From NCBI RefSeq assembly GCF_018336915.1, contig NZ_CP064923.1, positions 3,450,001-3,482,000 on the forward strand: DNA of 32,000 nt, read 5' to 3'. The position numbers were made by a program, and so were the translations under genes. The stretch comes from Acaryochloris marina S15. GTDB taxonomy: Bacteria > Cyanobacteriota > Cyanobacteriia > Thermosynechococcales > Thermosynechococcaceae. The notes below the pieces were generated by a model. It was not told the origin of the DNA, made no database searches, and saw only the letters and a list, made by a program, of their open reading frames with translations. Positions 28,536 through 32,000 of the stretch are shown one piece after another (position 1 is the stretch's first letter; each line of letters begins with the position of its first letter).

Positions 28536-28919
28536 ATGGTTCGTTCTATTCGAGCTTTATCAATCACCTTTACTGTAGCGAGTACAGTGGGGTGTTCTAG
28601 TCTATTGATTCCAAGTCAGGCCAATGCTCACCACACCCATTCAGCTCAAATTGCATCTGCCAAATATACCTACAATCCTCAGCTGGTGCGTTTATATACT
28701 TATGAGTGCACTAAAAAATTGAGAGAAGTAAAAGGGGATTCTGCTGATAAAGCATCGCAGATTTGCCAATGCTCAATTTCCCAAATGCAGCAACAGCATT
28801 CTCAAATGCAGGCGATTCAAATCTTTACGAAAGCCCAAGCTAGTATCAAAGACGATCCTAAAGCGATGCCCCCAGAGCTATCTCCGTACTTCACACCTTG
28901 TATTTCTACCAGCGGCTGA
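28536..28919 (+). CDS. Small secreted Cys-containing protein, function unknown
   Basis: The ATG at 28536 is preceded by aggag at good spacing. It has a signal peptide (MVRSIRALSITFTVASTVGCSSLLIPSQANA) and a mature region with four Cys (YECTKK, ICQCS, TPCIS). Confidence 0.55.
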   Translation: MVRSIRALSITFTVASTVGCSSLLIPSQANAHHTHSAQIASAKYTYNPQLVRLYTYECTKKLREVKGDSADKASQICQCSISQMQQQHSQMQAIQIFTKAQASIKDDPKAMPPELSPYFTPCISTSG

Positions 28920-29182
28920 GGACAGGGCATCACCCTCACAGCTCGCTCCACGTAATGCGAGGGTGATAGAACCGGCAAATGGCACAGCTAATACTCCTGG
29001 ATTAATGCTCAACAAGCCCCTAGAAGGAGATCAGCGAGTATCGTTCTAATCACACTGTTGGACGAACACTAAAGGTGTGCTTGGGGGAGAACTTCTACAT
29101 TTATCGGAGCGATACGACTCGGTCTCCTGACAGATGTTAAAAATAGGGAAGGCCCTCTTACCTTCAGCGAATCCCTTGATTG

Positions 29183-30175
29183 ATGTTAAAGTCACCATCA
29201 CCTTCTTTGCTGGTTGTGATTGTCAATTATCGAACGCCCCAGCTGACGATTGATTGTTTGCAGTCTTTGCAAACAGAGGTGGAGCACCATGGCAATACAA
29301 GGGTTGTGGTTGCCGATAACCAGTCTGGAGATGAGTCCGTTGTCGTATTGCGAGATGCGATCGCATCCCATCATTGGCAAGATTGGGTCACGCTCCAATC
29401 CCTAGATACAAATGGGGGGTTTGCTGCTGGCAACAATGCCATGATTGGCCCTGCCCTTGAGTCTACCCATCCCCCTGACTATATTTGGTTGTTAAATCCC
29501 GATACGGTGGTTCATCCTGGAGCCCTCAAGACATTACTCACATTTCTTGAACAACACCCTGATGTAGGCATCGCGGGCAGTCGCCTAGAAAATTTAGATG
29601 GCACCCCTCAATATTCAGCCTTTCGATTCCATACACTTTGGAGTGAATTAGATCAGGGATTACGGTTGGGACTGGTTTCTAAAGTCCTATCCCGGTGGAT
29701 CTTAGCCCCCCCAATTGCTGACCAGGCGATAGCCACAGATTGGCTAGCTGGTGCCAGTATGATGATTCGGCGCCAGGTCTTTGAGCAAATTGGGCTACTG
29801 GATGACGACTTCTTTATGTATTACGAAGAAGTTGATTTTTGCCTTAGAGCAAGACAGGCAAATTGGACCTGTTGGTATGTCCCCGCCAGTCGCGTGGTTC
29901 ATCTTGTGGGGCAAAGCTCTGGGGTGACTGGAGCCCAAGCGACCCAACAGCGACGACCGCAATATTGGTTTGACTCCCGCCATCGATATTTTCATAAGCA
30001 CCACAGTCATGGGTATGCGGTCCTGACGGATCTGGCATGGCTGGGGGGATATTCTCTGTGGCAGCTACGGCAGTTAGTCCAGCACAAGCCTCAAGTCGAT
30101 CCCCCCCATCTTTTACAAGACTTCTTTTGCAATAGTGCCTTTGTCAAGGGGGGGCAATGTCGCAGCAAGATTTAA
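29183..30175 (+). CDS. Family 2 glycosyltransferase (rhamnosyltransferase-like)
   Basis: LLVVIVNYRTPQLTIDCLQSL, VADNQSGD, NGGFAAGNN, LLNPDTVV and YYEEVDFCLR are typical of the GT2 (GT-A) fold. Confidence 0.85.
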   Translation: MLKSPSPSLLVVIVNYRTPQLTIDCLQSLQTEVEHHGNTRVVVADNQSGDESVVVLRDAIASHHWQDWVTLQSLDTNGGFAAGNNAMIGPALESTHPPDYIWLLNPDTVVHPGALKTLLTFLEQHPDVGIAGSRLENLDGTPQYSAFRFHTLWSELDQGLRLGLVSKVLSRWILAPPIADQAIATDWLAGASMMIRRQVFEQIGLLDDDFFMYYEEVDFCLRARQANWTCWYVPASRVVHLVGQSSGVTGAQATQQRRPQYWFDSRHRYFHKHHSHGYAVLTDLAWLGGYSLWQLRQLVQHKPQVDPPHLLQDFFCNSAFVKGGQCRSKI

Positions 30176-30705
30176 GCCTCTGGCAACAAATTAGGGAAGA
30201 CTGGCGAGCCCATCAGTCCGATTGGACCAAACCGGGATTTCGAGCAGTCGCCGTCCATCGGTTTGGGGTTTGGCGAATGCAGCTGCAGCCAAAGCTGTTA
30301 AGAGCCCCGTTTAGCCTGATTTACCGGGGGCATTACCGCTACATTCGCAATGTCTATGGAATTGATTTACCCTATACCGTCAAATTAGGGCGTCGGGTGG
30401 TGATTGAGCATCAAGGAGCCATTGTTATCCATGGAGATAGCGAAATTGGCGATGAGAGTATTATTCGTCAGGGGGTTACCTTGGGGAATCGATATTTGGA
30501 TCATCCTTTGGATGCCCCCAAGCTAGGAGCACGAGTGAATATTGGGGCAGGAGCCAAAATCCTAGGAAATGTGGTGCTGGGGGATGATGTCAATATCGGG
30601 GCTAATGCGGTCGTTTTGTCAGACGTTCACCCAGGACAAACAGCAGTGGGCATTCCGGCCAAAATCTTGACATCCCATAGCCTCCCCATCCCTGGTGGAG
30701 ATTAA
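30157..30705 (+). CDS. Hexapeptide-repeat O-acetyltransferase (serine acetyltransferase/WcaB-like)
   Basis: Left-handed beta-helix repeats are present (IHGDSEIGDESIIRQGVTLGN...LGARVNIGAGAKILGNVVLGDDVNIGANAVVLSDV). The gene overlaps the upstream GT2 gene by 19 nt. Confidence 0.85.
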   Translation: MSQQDLSLWQQIREDWRAHQSDWTKPGFRAVAVHRFGVWRMQLQPKLLRAPFSLIYRGHYRYIRNVYGIDLPYTVKLGRRVVIEHQGAIVIHGDSEIGDESIIRQGVTLGNRYLDHPLDAPKLGARVNIGAGAKILGNVVLGDDVNIGANAVVLSDVHPGQTAVGIPAKILTSHSLPIPGGD

Positions 30706-30725
30706 GATCGCCAGCATTCACTTTT

Positions 30726-31745
30726 ATGTCTAAGGACTTAGTAGAACCCACAGCAGCAGAACAAACCATAGGCTTAGTGGCCATTGGTCGCAACGAAGGT
30801 GATCGTCTCAAAGCCTGTTTGAATTCTGCGATCGCACAATTGTCTACCAACCATATTGTCTATGTAGACTCTGGTTCTACGGATGATAGTGTGGCCTGGG
30901 CCACGAATTTAGGGATCACAGTGTTGACCTTAGACTTATCCATACCCTTTACTGCGGCTCGGGCCCGCAATTCTGGATATAAATCTCTCTATACTGACTA
31001 TCCTCAGCTGCAGTTTATCCAATTCATCGATGGGGACTGCCAGTTAGCAACCGATTGGTGCGCAACAGCATTAGCGACTCTAGTTGCTCATCAAGATGTA
31101 GCGGTCGTGTGTGGTCGGCGACGAGAAAAATATCCTGAACAGTCTGTCTTTAATCAGCTCTGTGATATGGAATGGAATACACCCATTGGTGAAGCGTTAG
31201 CTTGTGGAGGAGATGCCCTCATTCGGGTCTCAGCCCTTCAACAAGTGGACGGATATCGAGGATCTTTAATTGCGGGAGAAGAACCAGAACTCTGCCTGCG
31301 ACTGCGGCGCCACCATTGGCGTATTCTCCGAATTGATGCAGATATGACCTGGCATGATGCTCAAATCACACATTTCAGTCAATGGTGGCAGCGTACTGTT
31401 CGGGCTGGACATGCCTATGCAGAAGGCGCATGGCTCCACAGCGCACCTCCCGAACGCCATTGGGTACGAGAAAGTCTGCGCAGTTGGATATGGGGGTTTA
31501 TTCTGCCAATTACGATATTGGCAACATTGCCTGAGAGTAACGGATGGAGTCTATCTGGTGGTCTAGTTTATGTATTTCTGGTCGCAAAAATATGCTGGAA
31601 TCAGCACTCCAATCATTCCTGGCCAGCGTCAATACAATATGCACTATTCTGCGTACTAGGAAAGATTCCAGAAGCACAGGGGCAGCTCCAGTTTCATTGG
31701 CACCGGATCACGGGTCGTACGCCAAAAATTGTGGAATACAAATGA
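30726..31745 (+). CDS. Family 2 glycosyltransferase with C-terminal membrane segments
   Basis: GLVAIGRNEGDRLKACLNS, YVDSGSTDDS, IDGDC (DxD) and IAGEEPELCLRL are present. Two hydrophobic helices follow near the C-terminus (WIWGFILPITILATL, LSGGLVYVFLVAKI). Confidence 0.8.
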   Translation: MSKDLVEPTAAEQTIGLVAIGRNEGDRLKACLNSAIAQLSTNHIVYVDSGSTDDSVAWATNLGITVLTLDLSIPFTAARARNSGYKSLYTDYPQLQFIQFIDGDCQLATDWCATALATLVAHQDVAVVCGRRREKYPEQSVFNQLCDMEWNTPIGEALACGGDALIRVSALQQVDGYRGSLIAGEEPELCLRLRRHHWRILRIDADMTWHDAQITHFSQWWQRTVRAGHAYAEGAWLHSAPPERHWVRESLRSWIWGFILPITILATLPESNGWSLSGGLVYVFLVAKICWNQHSNHSWPASIQYALFCVLGKIPEAQGQLQFHWHRITGRTPKIVEYK

Positions 31746-31780
31746 GGAGCCTAATCTATCAGAAAATTAGGCACATGGAA

Positions 31781-31990
31781 TTAGTAGGCTAAGGTCTCTA
31801 GGGTCTGCTTAAGATAGGACCGCACCAAACCGTCTAGGGGTTTGCCTTGGGCATTCGCATCTAAGCCTCGCTCTAGTACCCAGCGCTTGAAGCCGGAACT
31901 ACTTGAGATGACTTGCTTGAGATCAGGCCAGAATAGCTCTGAATCATCAGAGAGATAATGATTAGCTGTAGGAGACGAAAGAGGACTCAT
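31781..31990 (-). CDS. Small hypothetical protein (69 aa)
   Basis: It is a complete ORF with reasonable composition, convergent with the GT cluster. I saw no recognisable motif and no clear RBS. Confidence 0.35.
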   Translation of the reverse strand: MSPLSSPTANHYLSDDSELFWPDLKQVISSSSGFKRWVLERGLDANAQGKPLDGLVRSYLKQTLETLAY

Positions 31991-32000
31991 AACTGTCTTC

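Overview
This window is a chromosomal segment of a cyanobacterium. The evidence is 13 exact copies of the HIP1 octamer GCGATCGC, a petL gene, and cyanobacterial-type gene content. GC is roughly 47-48% by eye. I support 25 protein-coding genes, one of them a 30-codon petL that the ORF track missed, plus three hairpin terminators. I found no rRNA, tRNA, CRISPR array, transposase or integrase. Housekeeping genes are pyk, gap, murA, gatB and petL. They are interspersed with many transport genes: a 5'-truncated TpsB, a CorA-like protein, a ZIP-like membrane protein, a Cu(I) P1B-ATPase, a P2-type cation ATPase, a ClC-CBS-USP fusion and an orphan ABC permease. A GT2 / acetyltransferase / GT2 glycan cluster sits at the right end. 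The most unusual locus is 5.2-11.0 kb. It holds a 648-aa protein with a DUF4157 (HExxH) N-terminal module fused to a circularly permuted papain-like C-terminal domain, an architecture typical of polymorphic toxins or effectors. That gene has ORF-free flanks, an internal compositional break, and no visible immunity or injection-system genes. Directly upstream on the same strand is a 1062-aa fusion of an NTT/TLC-like transporter, HEAT repeats and a cyclic-nucleotide-binding domain whose phosphate-binding cassette is degenerate. All functional calls come from motif recognition by eye, and no database search was run.
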